A stretch of DNA of 64,000 nucleotides from Adineta vaga (GCA_021613535.1 CP075493.1:12710001-12774000), one strand, 5' to 3'. Numbered from the stretch's first letter, positions 1-13,102 are shown. Notes: generated by a model from the letters alone, not told the origin. Numbers and translations are program-made.

Positions 1-397
1 AGCGCTTCGAAAAAAAGATGAACTGGTTTTCATAAAACTAGAATGAAGAATATGCATTTTATTTGAAAGTAACCTTTGCCTTTTCATGTGACTTCGGTAG
101 ACACGTTTTTTTTATAATAACGGATAGACAGGGTAAGAAACTAGTGTCTATTCTTCTGTATCAATGATATGAAGTAAAATATACGATATATTTTCCACTT
201 GCTCGACTACTTACATAGGTATTACATCAATAAAGCATGTGATTATGATATAGCGTTCTTTTTCACGTGTAATATTAAAATTTGTCGTTCTATGACGAAA
301 TTCACAATCATGTGAATACTTAATATATGAGTACATTTATATGCTATCAATATTTTTAAAGTAAACGATATCTTTTATCTCTTATACTTATTCAAGA

Positions 398-2676
398 ATG
401 TCTACTGTGGATTCTCTATCATTACCCGTCGAACTTCTTTATCGAATTCTTGATCATTTGGATTTTAAAAGCATTTTTTGTTCTTTTCGATGTGTTTGCA
501 AACAATTCCATGCCACAAGTATTACTTACAATAAATTGAAGGTAGATTTTACCGCAATTTCAAAGTCCAATTTAGAACCCGTCTCTTATATTATTCAACC
601 TGAAAACATCATTTCATTAGTTATTCCCAATAATTATGAGGGGAAATTAAGCAAATTTTTCTCAATTTATGACATTCATCGTTTTACACGAATTTGCTCA
701 TTGACTTTTGATCGAATCGATCATGCGGATCTCGATCGATTCTTACAACATATCAATATTTTTACACTGGTTTCACTTTCAATGAATTCATGTGAATCAA
801 ATACATCCAAAACACTGACTACTATTTTATCAGCTACCAATCGATGTCATTTAAAGAAGTTATGTTCCCATAAGTGTGATGATACAATCAAACATGTGTC
901 ACAACCCGTTCAATATGCTTTACAACATCTGACTATTGGAATTTGTACATATTATGAGCTTAATTTGATTCTTTATCATTTACCTCATTTACGTACACTT
1001 GCATTGAAAAAATGTAATATGTTTAGTCTAGGCGGACCAAATATTGTACCTTCGGCTGACCTACACTATCCACAATTAACGTCACTAACGATGGAAAGTT
1101 GTCCATATTCTGCAGACCATCTCAAAACTATCCTTTCATTAACACCATCATTGATTCACCTTAAACTGAGTTCTCATGGACAATCATCGTTTTTTCTATT
1201 TGATGGTACCCTATGGGCCAAGTTTATTCAAGCAAAATTACCTCATTGGATAGATTCGAGTTTACGTTTTCTGCTTCTTTCTCTTTAAATTTTGATACGG
1301 ACAGTCCCAAATCACGAATACTTTCATTTCAAACACCATTTTGATTGGATGACAAACATTGGTTCGTTACTTGTGATTATTATCTTACAGGTTCGTGTGA
1401 ACATCGAATGGTAATCTACACATTACCAACATATACTACGATGGAATCAGGAATCATAGTCCGATATAAAGCATCATCAATCAATGATGTTCACCTTTTG
1501 AATAAAAACGTCATAGATGGAACTATTGTTACAGAAGATTTTAGTATAAAATAGTTTTCGATTTTAAAGTTCATTAGTTTTACGTAGATACTCACTACAC
1601 TCAATCTCGATGGCAAACAAATCACCGATATAATTCTAGTTTATTCTTTTCACATCTATTTTAATTGATTAACTTAGACGCTCAGTGCACTCTATCTTCG
1701 TGAAAGTTATATCCAAGATAATGAAATACAATATTTATCTGAAGCATTAAAAAATAATACGATAATTTATAGTTCTACTTTGTTTGTATATCTATCTTTC
1801 ATCTTTGAATGTATAGACACTCACCTTACTTTATCTTGAAAATAATCAGATTCATACGATTGGAATACAAGGCCTAACTGATATGTTGCGAAACAAAGTG
1901 ATATACTCTTTATTCTATCTCAACTTTCTCTTTCTACGTAGCCACTAATTACACTAGATCTTAAAAACAATCATTTCACAACTGAAGGAACACGATATCT
2001 TGCTGAGTTTTTACGATAAAATACAGTAAGTTTTGTTTCCCTTCTAATAAATCTTGATGCACTCACTTTTGATCATACAAGACACTCACTACACTCAATC
2101 TACAGAGTAATTGTATCAATGCAACAACGATACAACATGTGACTAATGCATTACGAAATAATAAAGTAATGGAAATTTTACATTCGCATTCATCTTACCT
2201 GTCTTTATATCTTTATACAGACACTGATGAACCTTTATCTTGGAGACAATCAAAGTGGCGATAAAGGAATACAACATTTAGCTGATATGTTCAATAGCAA
2301 CACAGTAATTCTTTCTCTGTTCTTATTGCTGATGTTCATTTCAATTGTTCTATACAGACATTGATCATACTTGATCTTAAAAGAAACAATATTACAAGAC
2401 AAGAAGCAGAATATTTAGTTGATGCTTTACAAAATAATACGGTATTGTAAATTGTATTTTTCATCATTTCTATTTTTATATTAATTAAACAGACATCCAT
2501 CACACTTTACCTTAGATCAAATAAAATATCAACAGACGAAATGCAACATTTGCGTCGTATAATACGAAAACATATAGTAGTTTTCATACTTCTTCCGATT
2601 CTTATCTCTAGTTTAGTTTTATTTTATATAGACTCTTACAACATCTAATCTTGAAGATTCGATATATCACAACTAG
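398..2676 (+). pseudogene. F-box + LRR protein with C-terminal RI/NLRC3-type LRR exons, disrupted
   Basis: F-box motif LSLPVELLYRILDHLD...FRCVCKQF. Frameshift near 1244, in-frame TGA at 1342-1344 (TPF*LDDKHWF). 84-nt phase-0 LRR exons at 1678-1761, 1817-1900, 1942-2025 (TAA at 2017), 2082-2165, 2221-2304, 2358-2441, 2493-2576; last exon 2632-2676. The donor after 1761 is AT rather than GT. Confidence 0.8.
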
Positions 2677-2706
2677 CCACATCGACACACTCGCATCCTC
2701 ATGATT
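2647..2706 (-). repeat. Imperfect hairpin element with GT-rich arm (family copy 1)
   Basis: AATCTTGAAGAT...ATCCTCATGATT, 10/12 inverted match; minus strand reads TGAGGATGCGAGTGTGTCGATGTGG. Confidence 0.5.
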
Positions 2707-2794
2707 TTGCATATATAAAGGAATCTTTTCTTAAAATAAATTTTCGTAATAGTATTATAATATAAAGCGTTGTCATTTGTCATGAATAAGATAT

Positions 2795-5700
2795 TCAATT
2801 ATCTTCCTCAAATGCGTAACTTTCAGATTGTTCTACAGCCTGTATGTTTGGTTGAGCATTTAAAACTTGTTCAATATCTTGAATAATTGTTTTGACTTCT
2901 TGAAGTTCTTCATGAGAATCCCATGAAGTTTGTTCATAAACGTGTAATGCTCGTTTATAATACTCCAAGGCCAAGATTTGATCATTGAAATGTTGATAAC
3001 ATTCACCAATAATAAATAGACTCCTACCAATATCGTATTCATCCGGTGGAAGAGTTTTTTCAAATGCTAATAGACATTTAAGTGCATATGTAAGTGAGAG
3101 ATCATATCGATTTATCATCCGCATCATTAAAACAAATGTTACAAGGGTTACTATCGTTGTTCTATGTTCAGTACCGAGATTAATTTCTTGAATTTCTGAA
3201 CATTTAATGAAATATTCGATGGCAAGTTCCCAATTCTCTTGATGAAAATAACGCTTAGCTATCTCATTAAACAACTCACTGATTTCAATATATTCTTCTG
3301 GATAATATTTTTCGAGAATATTCACACATTGTTGATAATAATTAATAGCTTGATCATAATTTTCATCGTTATCATGAATATCAGCAATATATTTTAATTT
3401 CTTTACTATACTCCTCTGATCAGATGGATTATATATCCGAAAAACATCGAGTGATTCTTGAAAGAAATGAACGGCATCATCATATTGTCCTTGAAGTTTT
3501 CGAATTTCACCTAGGAAATTAAGACATATTACAATTGGTTTATAAATAGAAGGATAATAACGTTGTCGAATATCTAATGCTTGTTTTTTATATTCGAATG
3601 CTTCATCATATTTTCCTTGCAGAGAAAAAACATCAGCAATAATACCGAGAACATTCGAGGTAGACATTTGAAAACCTGGAGAATATTTACGAAAGATTGT
3701 TAATGATTGTTGATAATACTGCATTGCTTCTTCATATCCTTCTTCGACATGTCGCATCATACCTATCCGAAATAAAATATTGCCAATACTCCAATCGGAA
3801 GATCCATAAAATTTCTCTTGTATACGAAGCGCTTTTTGAAAATATTCCAAAGCTTCATCGTATCTTGTTAACTTACATAGAACATCGGCACATCCATTGA
3901 AAATACGTCTATGAATAATAGTATCCATATGATGATAATTATCGAGTACTTGTAATACTTCTTTATAGATATCAAGAGCTTCCAGATATTTCTTTTTTGC
4001 CACTAAAAGACTACTACAAACGAAAAAAGTTTCAGCAATTTGTTCATGATAGGATGGATAATGTCTTTCTAAGATTGTAAGAGCTTGATCATAATAATTT
4101 TGAGCTTGTTCATAATCTTCTTCTCCATTTTGAAATACCCATCCAATAAGAGTCAATATTGCACTTGTATTTGTGTTACTAGAAGAATAATACTTGTTTG
4201 ATATTTGTAATGCTTGTTGAAGTAGATCTAAACTTTCATTATACATTTCTTGTTTATTTTTTATATCACTTAAGTTCTTTGCACTTATCAACATATCTGC
4301 ATGACCAAATGGATAGAATTTCTTTTGCATCGACCATGCTCTTTGAACAAAGTCGCAAGATTCATCAAACAATTCTTGATAACAGAGAAGAGTAGCCAGA
4401 TAATTGAGCACTATAGCAGCATAGACATGACCTGATGAATAGTAATTTTCATAAATAATTAAAGCTTGTGAAATAGAATCATAAGCTTTCGAAAAATTTT
4501 CCAACCGAATAAAAGTAAAACCGATTTTCCAAAGAAGTGAACCAATACTAACATGACGATAATTACAAAAATATTCTTCTCGCATTGCTATCGCTTGTTG
4601 AAATAAAAGTATCGCTTTATCAGTCATTCGCCGTTCTTCATGAATAAGACCGATATTTTCTAGACTGGTAGCAATACTAATATGATTCTCAGAATAATAT
4701 GTCTTTCGTATTTCTAATGCTCGCTGATGATAATCATAAGCTTCTTCATATTTTCCATCACGATACAATAACTCACCAATAGTTGAGAGAACGATAGCAG
4801 AATCTTTGATTCGATTAGGTTCAGTTTGCATCAATCGTTGATAAGCTTGATCATAATATACTCGTGCTTTATTCCATTCACCTTTCCAATGATGAGTTTG
4901 ACCAAGATTGAATTCAATCCATGCGAAATCTTCATTCGGAGAATCATTCAATAAATGTTCGAAATATGTTTGTGATTGATTCCATTGACTCATATCACAG
5001 ATTAATTTTCCAAAGATAATTGATAAACTTAAATCTTCATATTGACGATGAACATCATGGATATATTTTTCAATTATTCTTTCTCCATTTTGAACAGGTA
5101 TGAGTTTTACTATCCATAGATCTTTATTATCTTGTTGAATATTTTCTATATAGAATGTTGCATTGAAATCAAATAGAATGTCGGTAGTATTAACAAAGAT
5201 AATGTTTTGATTTATATAAAATTCAATTTCAAAAAGAACAGAATTTAAATTCTCATGCTGTGGAATTGAAGTTAATGCTAATGAACGAGAACGATAACCT
5301 ATGAAGAAATCTTTCATTGCCATAAGTTTATGTTGATTCTTTTTTAATTGATTTAATTCATCATTTGATAACATCATTCCACGATAAACGAGGAGTTCGT
5401 CTGTATTCAAATCAATATTGTTTTGATATTCATGTGTGAAATTTTCTATTAAATCTCTAAGAAAATCTCGTAATAGATAAAGTTGATCGGTATCTTCTGT
5501 TCGTAATGCTCGACTAATTATTCGTCTTAAAAATGAACATTTCATATAACAAGAAATCGCTTGATCTGATTGATATTTCTCTTCAAATTCATCAATCAAT
5601 GCAAGTTCTTTGATATTGTCATGATAATAAAGACGACATGTATCGATCATTTGTTTTCGACTTTTTGTTTCATTTCGTGGTAAATATAAAATAACCTTAT

Positions 5701-6196
5701 GAAGAAGTTGAAGCCAAAGAAAATCACTCGATTGTTGAGTTAAATCAATTGTTGCATATTGATCTTGATTAAAAAAACTCCATTGAGAAAAACGTTGATC
5801 AATTAAATTGATTTGTTCTTCAATCGATAAACATAATGAATCAAATTCGTTATAAATTCCAATTATTTTTGGATGTTTATTTTGAATATTTTCAGTATTG
5901 AACATAAATATCGAAACAATTTGGTTAAGATCGTTAATGTGAGATAAAATTGAAGAATTAGATGTAATTAAAAAGAGTTTTTCCGTTTCAATTGATTTAA
6001 GAAAAGTCATACAAGAATCGAGTTCACTATGAAAAATTAACCAATTATTCAAATGAGATAATCGCATTTGAAAATATGTATTGACATCTGATAATGCATT
6101 ATCTGGATCAAACCAGACGAGAATAATATTTTCAATCTTTTTAGGGATATTTATTGAAAGAAGTTGCTCGCCTATACTCGTAGATACCATTGCCAT
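2795..6196 (-). CDS. Degenerate ADP-ribosyltransferase-like domain + long TPR array protein (1133 aa, single ORF)
   Basis: N-terminal ILVWFD and FLWLQLL...MIDTCRLYY region; VYRG and SVLFEI ART-fold strands; then many ~42-aa kinesin-light-chain-type TPR repeats (A..Y.Q.AL.I....Y...H). Confidence 0.85.
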   Translation of the reverse strand: MAMVSTSIGEQLLSINIPKKIENIILVWFDPDNALSDVNTYFQMRLSHLNNWLIFHSELDSCMTFLKSIETEKLFLITSNSSILSHINDLNQIVSIFMFNTENIQNKHPKIIGIYNEFDSLCLSIEEQINLIDQRFSQWSFFNQDQYATIDLTQQSSDFLWLQLLHKVILYLPRNETKSRKQMIDTCRLYYHDNIKELALIDEFEEKYQSDQAISCYMKCSFLRRIISRALRTEDTDQLYLLRDFLRDLIENFTHEYQNNIDLNTDELLVYRGMMLSNDELNQLKKNQHKLMAMKDFFIGYRSRSLALTSIPQHENLNSVLFEIEFYINQNIIFVNTTDILFDFNATFYIENIQQDNKDLWIVKLIPVQNGERIIEKYIHDVHRQYEDLSLSIIFGKLICDMSQWNQSQTYFEHLLNDSPNEDFAWIEFNLGQTHHWKGEWNKARVYYDQAYQRLMQTEPNRIKDSAIVLSTIGELLYRDGKYEEAYDYHQRALEIRKTYYSENHISIATSLENIGLIHEERRMTDKAILLFQQAIAMREEYFCNYRHVSIGSLLWKIGFTFIRLENFSKAYDSISQALIIYENYYSSGHVYAAIVLNYLATLLCYQELFDESCDFVQRAWSMQKKFYPFGHADMLISAKNLSDIKNKQEMYNESLDLLQQALQISNKYYSSSNTNTSAILTLIGWVFQNGEEDYEQAQNYYDQALTILERHYPSYHEQIAETFFVCSSLLVAKKKYLEALDIYKEVLQVLDNYHHMDTIIHRRIFNGCADVLCKLTRYDEALEYFQKALRIQEKFYGSSDWSIGNILFRIGMMRHVEEGYEEAMQYYQQSLTIFRKYSPGFQMSTSNVLGIIADVFSLQGKYDEAFEYKKQALDIRQRYYPSIYKPIVICLNFLGEIRKLQGQYDDAVHFFQESLDVFRIYNPSDQRSIVKKLKYIADIHDNDENYDQAINYYQQCVNILEKYYPEEYIEISELFNEIAKRYFHQENWELAIEYFIKCSEIQEINLGTEHRTTIVTLVTFVLMMRMINRYDLSLTYALKCLLAFEKTLPPDEYDIGRSLFIIGECYQHFNDQILALEYYKRALHVYEQTSWDSHEELQEVKTIIQDIEQVLNAQPNIQAVEQSESYAFEEDN

Positions 6197-6695
6197 AATT
6201 ATTAATAACTATAGCTTAGTTTTGTCAAATAATTAATAAAATAAAGTCAAAATTGACGAATTGTTCTCACCAGTAAAATACTGAAGCAAAAGATAAACTT
6301 GCTTGTCTCTATTTGATCATTATTGCCTCTTCATATATCGATAAATAAATAAAAGTGTACATCCTTGTTTTTTTTCTCGCTGTAAATATATATTGATTGA
6401 TGTATTGAAAGAACGTATCAGGTTTTTTCTCCAATTTAAATTTCATGCGTGATTCATTTTACCTATCATATTATTATGTTTCGTTTGATATTTCCGTCGT
6501 TCTTTTTTATCATACCCTAAAGTTCGTATATTTGTTTGAATGAGTGGGTGTGCGTGTAAATTTAGTTGATTGAATTTGAAACGAAGACTATACTTCTACT
6601 CACATCTATGATGAAATATTAAACAATAGAATCAGATTTTAATTAGCATAGATCAAAAAAAGTTTCAAATAGAGTTTATAGTTTTAGTTCGTAAT

Positions 6696-7354
6696 TTAGT
6701 GTTTGATGCTTTCGTTTAGTTTGCGTTCATATCGAATCAATTGTAAGAAAAAACTATGATTAGGTGCAGCAAAACGACGACGTTCAACCAAATAATCATA
6801 GGCTTTAATCAAAGAATTATGAGTGGATCTAGATCAAAATACAGATGAGAACAGTGATTCATTAATAAGAAAGGCTGTTGTTACTTTAGTAGATAAGCGA
6901 GAACAATCGAAGATGAACGAGAAATACCCATCTGACAGTGAACCAATACCATATCGCCTTTTGTTTTACATGAATTCAAGAAATCATTTGTAGTTTCAAA
7001 ATGTTGAGAAATATTAGCAATGAAGTCATCATCCAAATTGATCCATAATACATTAAAATGATCATGAATATCTTGATCTAATGGACAATCACTCACATTA
7101 ATTATATGTCGAATGTTTAAGTCGGTCAATAATGTTTTATTCATTGCATGTTTTAATTCACCATGGTATAGAAAATCATCGATTATCATTGAAGGACTAG
7201 CATAGCCTGCATCTTTTGGTAATTGTGACTTTCGTTTCTTCGACCGTAGACTGATTAAATCTCGTAGATATGACAATTCATCATCGGTAGCTTTCATTTC
7301 ATTTTTCAAAGCGTCAAGTGACAGGGCACCGATCCATTCATTTGTTGAAGCCAT
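6696..7354 (-). CDS. Atypical dual-specificity protein phosphatase (2 exons)
   Basis: Active site VHCQMGISRSSSIVLAYL. Intron ~6829-6884; spliced last exon gives ...AYDYLVERRRFAAPNHSFFLQLIRYE...*. Confidence 0.9.
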
Positions 7355-7573
7355 ATGATTAACGATATTTTTCAATGTAAATTAAATTATTATCTACAGC
7401 TGCTTCGCGCGGAATAAATCGGTTTTTGAAGAAAATGACCTGTAAATTCCTAAAGTAGTCTACGGATGTTGTGCCTTTGAAAGAACTGTATTGAAAGAAA
7501 ACAAACGCTAAGATACGAGGGAAGCTTACTTCATAAAGTGTATAAAGTCGAATCGGATTGAAGAAGATCAACC

Positions 7574-7599
7574 ATATATATATATATATATATATATAT
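7574..7599. repeat. (AT)n microsatellite
   Basis: About 13 AT units. Confidence 0.95.
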
Positions 7600-7966
7600 G
7601 TTAAGTTTGTTAGTGATGAAACATCTGCAATATCCTTCTCTTCCTTCCCTTTCATGGGAAAAATTTGTTTGATGAGTCATTCATGAGAGAACAGAAAAAT
7701 ACGATAACGTCAGAATGACAGTATTGCACAATAACTGTATCGAAAGTTTTTATTTACCTAAGATTTGTTTTGATTCGCAAGAAAGAGAAACTTATGTAAG
7801 GTGAAAGAAAAATGAAAAACGAGTCCTCTACAAGATTTTTTTGATTGGTGTCTTACTGTGATCTTTGAATCACGTCATAGTTGGTGAGTATTGAGTATTA
7901 AACACTTTTTTATTTTTTATTTAGTTAATACGAGAGAATCAAGATTTATTTAGAGAACAATTTTCA

Positions 7967-9818
7967 ATGAGCCCTGTGGAACGTAATTTGAGTGATGGGG
8001 AAATAAAACAGATACAACGTAAGTTTCTCTTGGCATATTTTTCTTAAATGATTTTCGAATGACCTTTTTCTAGAGCCCTCGATTAACACAACGTAAGTGA
8101 TATAAAGAATAAAGAATATTTCATTTGTAATTCTATTTTGTATAGAAAATGTTTCGAAGATTTGTCCAATGAACTTTTCTACGAAATCTTTGATTATTTT
8201 GATGGATGGACATTATGGAATACATTTGGAAATTTAAATATTCGATTTCGAAATCTTCTTCTTGACTCATCCTATGGTTTCAAAATGGATTTTTCTCGTT
8301 CCAAAGAACAGGATATCAAGAATTGTCTTCGTGAATTTCTTATTCCAAATCGTCATCGAATTGTTTCACTTCGTCTAATCGATAAAGAGAAAACAACATT
8401 TTCTCTCAACTCGCTATTGATCAGTTCATTCTATGAACAACTTCAATTACTTTCTTTACCTTTATTAGATACAAGCAGCATCATATTTCTTTTGGAAGTC
8501 TTATCTTTACTTCCTCGATTATCTTCTTTAACTCTTTCTATCTTATCCGCTGAATCGCTTGAAGATCTTACTGAAATGTATTCTCTTATATTCAAATTAC
8601 CTTCTTTAAAATCAATGAAACTCACGAGTACAGTAACGAACACCAAAATTTCTCTTCGCCATAAGAAAAGAACTCAACAATACAGTCCCATCGAATATTT
8701 AATGATCAATCATTGTTGTTATTTGACTGATTTAATAACTTTATTTACCTACACACCTCAACTTAAGTATTTAATTTGCAAACATAATGTTTCATCTAAT
8801 TCGGTTGATAATAAGAAAATCTTATTTCGATTACCAAATTTACGTTATGTATCTATAGGAGCAGTATCTTTGAATTTTAATGAATTTCAACTATTTATCC
8901 AACAAATTGGTCCACAGTTACAAGTTATACGTATTCGAGTTGGATTGGCTGATATTTCTTCTCATGCAAATCAATGGGAAAAATTAATTTTACGAAATTT
9001 TCCTTCGTTAAAACGGTTTTATTTCGAATTTTCTGATCAATTACGAGAAATACAGAATTTTAAACCAATTGAAAAATTCATCAGTGAATTTACTTCATCA
9101 TTCTGGATCGAACGGAAACACAGTATTCACTTAACAATCGGTAATTTTGGACATCAAAAAGATGATGATTTCAAATTGTCTATACAACCATCGAGGTTTG
9201 TGAAAAAGAGGGTTTAATTTTACTAATCAATTTACATAAGTCATCTTGTCTAGAAAGAAATGGTACAATTTATCGAAAGATGTCAATGAATTCCATGGAG
9301 CTTCTGCAGTTATCGATGATAATACCAACCTTGAAAATATTCTTCCATTATTAGAAACGATTCAAATAACTGAATTAAAGTTTTGCCCTGGTAATAAATA
9401 TCTTTATTCATTTACTACTCTTCTTAGTCATTTTCCAAATTTGAATATCTTGGAGATTGCATCGTTTCCAGTTCACTTATTAGTATGGTCGCTACCAGAA
9501 AAAATGGCTATTCCTCTTTCGAACATCACCAAAAATCAAATCACTAAAGTGAAAATATGGGAAATGAAAACTTTACCACATATTGAATATATCTTTAAAC
9601 TTTGTCCATTAATTACATATCTTGAACTTGTCGATTGGTCTGGTAAGGATTTAAAATCAGTTGTTGAATTCATTGTAACAAACAGTCCAAAGTCTCTTCA
9701 TGTGTTGGGTCTTCATGTGCAGATGAATTTTTATGAAACAGTTGATCAATTAAAAGAACTCAACGAAACGTGGACAATTCAATATCAAAATGATAAAATA
9801 CTTCTTCAATGGAAATAG
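7967..9818 (+). CDS. F-box/LRR-like protein (4 exons including a 19-nt microexon at 8074-8092)
   Basis: Spliced N-terminus MSPVERNLSDGEIKQIQQPSINTTKCFEDLSNELFYEIFDYF; LRR-like LPRLSSLTL and LPSLKSMKL; FTSSFWIERK; intron near 9196-9253. Confidence 0.85.
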
Positions 9819-10039
9819 ACTTATCAAGGTTCTCTTCTCAAAGTATTATATTGTTTGTTTGTTAAAATATATCTAAATTAAGAAAAAGAGAAGAATATCA
9901 AACATAAATTCGATAATGAAAACTCTCACTCGATTAATTTGATTTTTTTGTCAATGGTAATGCATTTATTGTACCTATAAGTATTCTGATCGTTTCAGTA
10001 AACCTACAAGAGATTTATTTAAAATCAATGAAACGATTT

Positions 10040-10240
10040 CTAGATCATCATTTGTTTTTTCACGTGCGAGACGAAAATTATCATTGATATAATTGAGAGA
10101 AAGATACTAAGACAAATGAAAACAAATAAAGTCAATATAAATCGATCAAGAAATGATCCAGTTCGAGATAATTGATTGGAATCGAATTGAAGTAAAATCA
10201 TTCCAAATAACCTTTGAGAAGTTTTCAACAATGTTGTCAA
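10040..10240 (-). pseudogene. Relic resembling the C-terminal pore/last TM segment of a polycystin (PKD)-like channel
   Basis: TLLKTSQRLFGMILLQFD...GSFLDRFILTLFVFICLSIFLSII resembles the polycystin pore helix plus final TM; no intact upstream frame. Confidence 0.4.
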
Positions 10241-11593
10241 TAAACAAAATAAAATATCTTATTTTCTAATCAAATAATTGTTTCGACAATAGTTTTTTTG
10301 CTAACATGTTCTATGTTTAGTATTCTTTCTCTTCTCTTTGCACATATAAAAGAACAATTTAGTTGAATTTTTTGATCGATCATCATTCGGACAATTTTCA
10401 CTCTTCAATACATCTTATAGCTTCATTATTTATCTTTTAATAACAATCTCGTTCACACATATCACTTTCATCATCTATAATATAACATTTGTTACAAATT
10501 GAACTTTCTCAATGAACCGTTCGACAATCAACAACTGAAACAGAAACTATTATTATAAATTCTTGAAATGAATGAAAGTTTAGTTTAAGATCATGGAATA
10601 ACGAATGATATCCTTAGAAAATAATGAGATTTTGTTGATGTACAATCATCTCAATGTAAGAAGTCAAACAAGAAATGCGAATTATGAAACATTCTTTATT
10701 TAAAAAAATTGTGTTCTAATTTCAATTGGAAATTAAAAGATTAGGGAGAAGACTAGATTGATAAAAAACGAATAAAACAACAAGTATAGCCTAGTAGAGT
10801 GAGATTATTTAAAACTGTATGTGTTTATGTCATTGCTATTATAGTAATTGGTACAGGTTGTTTGATCGTTCATCAAATGCTGTATGAATAATTTTCGCCA
10901 AACAGACTATTGATTGTTCGTATATATCTAAGAGAAATATTTTTATAATTTTATTATTATATATACATACTAGAATTTCTTCATATTCATTTACCAATAT
11001 AGCAAAGAAAAAACATGTTTTACTCGCTGGAGCTGTTTTGAAATGAAAGGACACATCTATCGATTGGATATACTATTTCGTTCTTTTCTTTATCTTTTTT
11101 ATGATTATAATTATCACTCAACTGTGACGAAAGAACAATCTTTCGAAGAGAAAGAAAAGAAATAGATTATAACACACACATACCATCTTGATTTTGACAG
11201 TATAGATATCTTCTCGTAGTTTTGTAAATTACAGATCGAATTATGTTCGTGCGATGCGAGTTTCCTACATTTAAATGTATATTATGCTGACAGTAAAATC
11301 ATTTTTATTATTGCAAAGTATATAAAAATAAAAGAATTTGATCAACCGACTAAATGTTTATTCATGAACAAAGAGAGATACAATATTCTTTTCAGACTAT
11401 TTTCCCCTGCTTTTTAAGAATGTTTATTTTGAATGGATACATACATGTATGTTCTTCACTCAAAGTTATCTAATTAATATTGAAACCGGTAACTTTTGAT
11501 GAGAGAATTCTTTTTGTATCAAAGAGCATTGCAATGAAAAAAGAAATAATTATCGTTTCATTTTGAATTATACATGCTTATTCGCAGCACTGA

Positions 11594-12200
11594 AATGTCG
11601 TTCGATAATATATGTTCAATTTCAAATACTCATTAGAATTTGTTAACTAGGAGTACATTGTATCATCAAGTTTTGAAAACAAGCATTTTTATTCAACCTA
11701 TATGGTATTTGTTTTGATTGTAGTTACGAATCTTCTTAATATTTGTATTTTATGTTCACGTACTCTTCGTGTTTCACCATGCACATATTATTTTATTGGT
11801 TATGCGATCATCATTATTATTTATAGTTATTCAGTCTGTCCAACACAAGTTAAACGCCCTTTGGTCATCGGTAGGATATAACATATATTTTTACGTGTTA
11901 TTCTCTCCACTGTATCTTACTCAAGCTATGCTTGTGTTAGATCTTTTCTGTTCCAGTTCAAAATCACATCGATTACATTCTACTAGTACAGAACGAACAG
12001 CTCGTATAACTGTTATTATTATTCGTACAATAGTCATTACGGTGTACATTTTCTCGAAAAATATCTATCGTGAACAACTTCGTCCATTATTTCAATTTAC
12101 TAAACAAAACAAACGTTCCATCCATTCAATTCAACAGAATGAAACTACAAACAACATCGTACACGAATGAAGTTCATGATTATACATATTCTGTATTCAT
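11594..12200 (+). pseudogene. Rhodopsin-like 7TM GPCR pseudogene
   Basis: Broken frames give VTNLLNICILCSRTLRVSPCTYYFIGYA and QAMLVLD.FCSSSKSHRLHSTST.RTAR; frameshifts, stops and deletions. Confidence 0.7.
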
Positions 12201-12354
12201 ATCAATATTTTATGTACTTGAATGTTGTTTTTGTATAATCAGCTCTTAACAAGTGTCGGATGTGAATATATTTGAAGAGGACAAGACATGTGAGATAAAA
12301 GTGATAGAATAAATATATTTTAATTTAAAAAAAAGCTTTTAATCAAAACTTCTA

Positions 12355-12758
12355 TTACAAAATCGAATCGAATCGAATAATTCGATGATTTTCTCCGCGA
12401 CAACAATCTAAGAAGAACATTGTCAAAAATGGATGTCGATCATTAATAGAATTGAGAAGATTTTGTGCATTGATTGCATGATAAAAGTTCATACTGAATA
12501 TCTTGTTTACCTCCCATTGTATTTCATGACCAGCAAAATAAAAGAGAACTATATCACCTTCTTTTATCGAACATTCAAAATCAGTTATCCTATATCGCAT
12601 TTCTTTATATGTTAAATTAAGTTTTGATTGATCATTATCATGAATTAGGAATCCCATTTTTGCTCTGCATCTTCGACTGTATTTGGTAAACGATTTCCTA
12701 CACAATAATCTCCTATACCTATGACAGGTGCTAATTTCCGTCTTAAATTAGTTGTCAT
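12355..12758 (-). pseudogene. Caspase-like peptidase (C14, bacterial/metacaspase-like) remnant
   Basis: MTTNLRRKLAPVIGIGDY, then a frameshift, then GDIVLFYFAGH and FFLDCCR (His/Cys dyad); internally deleted and truncated. Confidence 0.75.
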
Positions 12759-13102
12759 TGAAGAAAATATTTGAATCTGAAAAGTGAAATTCATGTGGTT
12801 TTCCAGAAACCTCCTTGACTATTTTAAGTATGAATGTCATCATTTTTTGGAAGAACAATGTCGCAAAATGAACTAATAATAAATAATCATCACAAATTGC
12901 AAGTCTTTTAGCAAATATAAGTTTTTGTGCAACTAATCACTATTGTTTTACTGTATATGAAAAGAAAAACAGATAAAAGATAAGATAAAGAATGTGTCCA
13001 TCTTCAAGAGAAATATCCAGCAAAGAGAGAATTCCTTTTAACAAAAATGAAAATATTTCTAAAGCATTTTTAGTGAAACTACTATACATTTAGTTATTCT
13101 TT

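Noticed and set aside
1342-1344. TGA at an expected Trp position (TPF*LDD) suggesting stop-codon reassignment
   Set aside because: Many intact genes here end in TGA and use TGG for Trp; this gene has several other lesions.
1588-2676. Regularly spaced ~140-bp periodicity resembling a CRISPR-like array
   Set aside because: The units are LRR-coding exons bounded by AG/GT, not identical direct repeats with spacers.
7359-7655. 98-aa minus-strand ORF
   Set aside because: Runs through the (AT)n microsatellite (YIYIYI) in the DUSP upstream region.
10839-11054. Possible small two-exon gene
   Set aside because: No recognisable motif or secure start codon.
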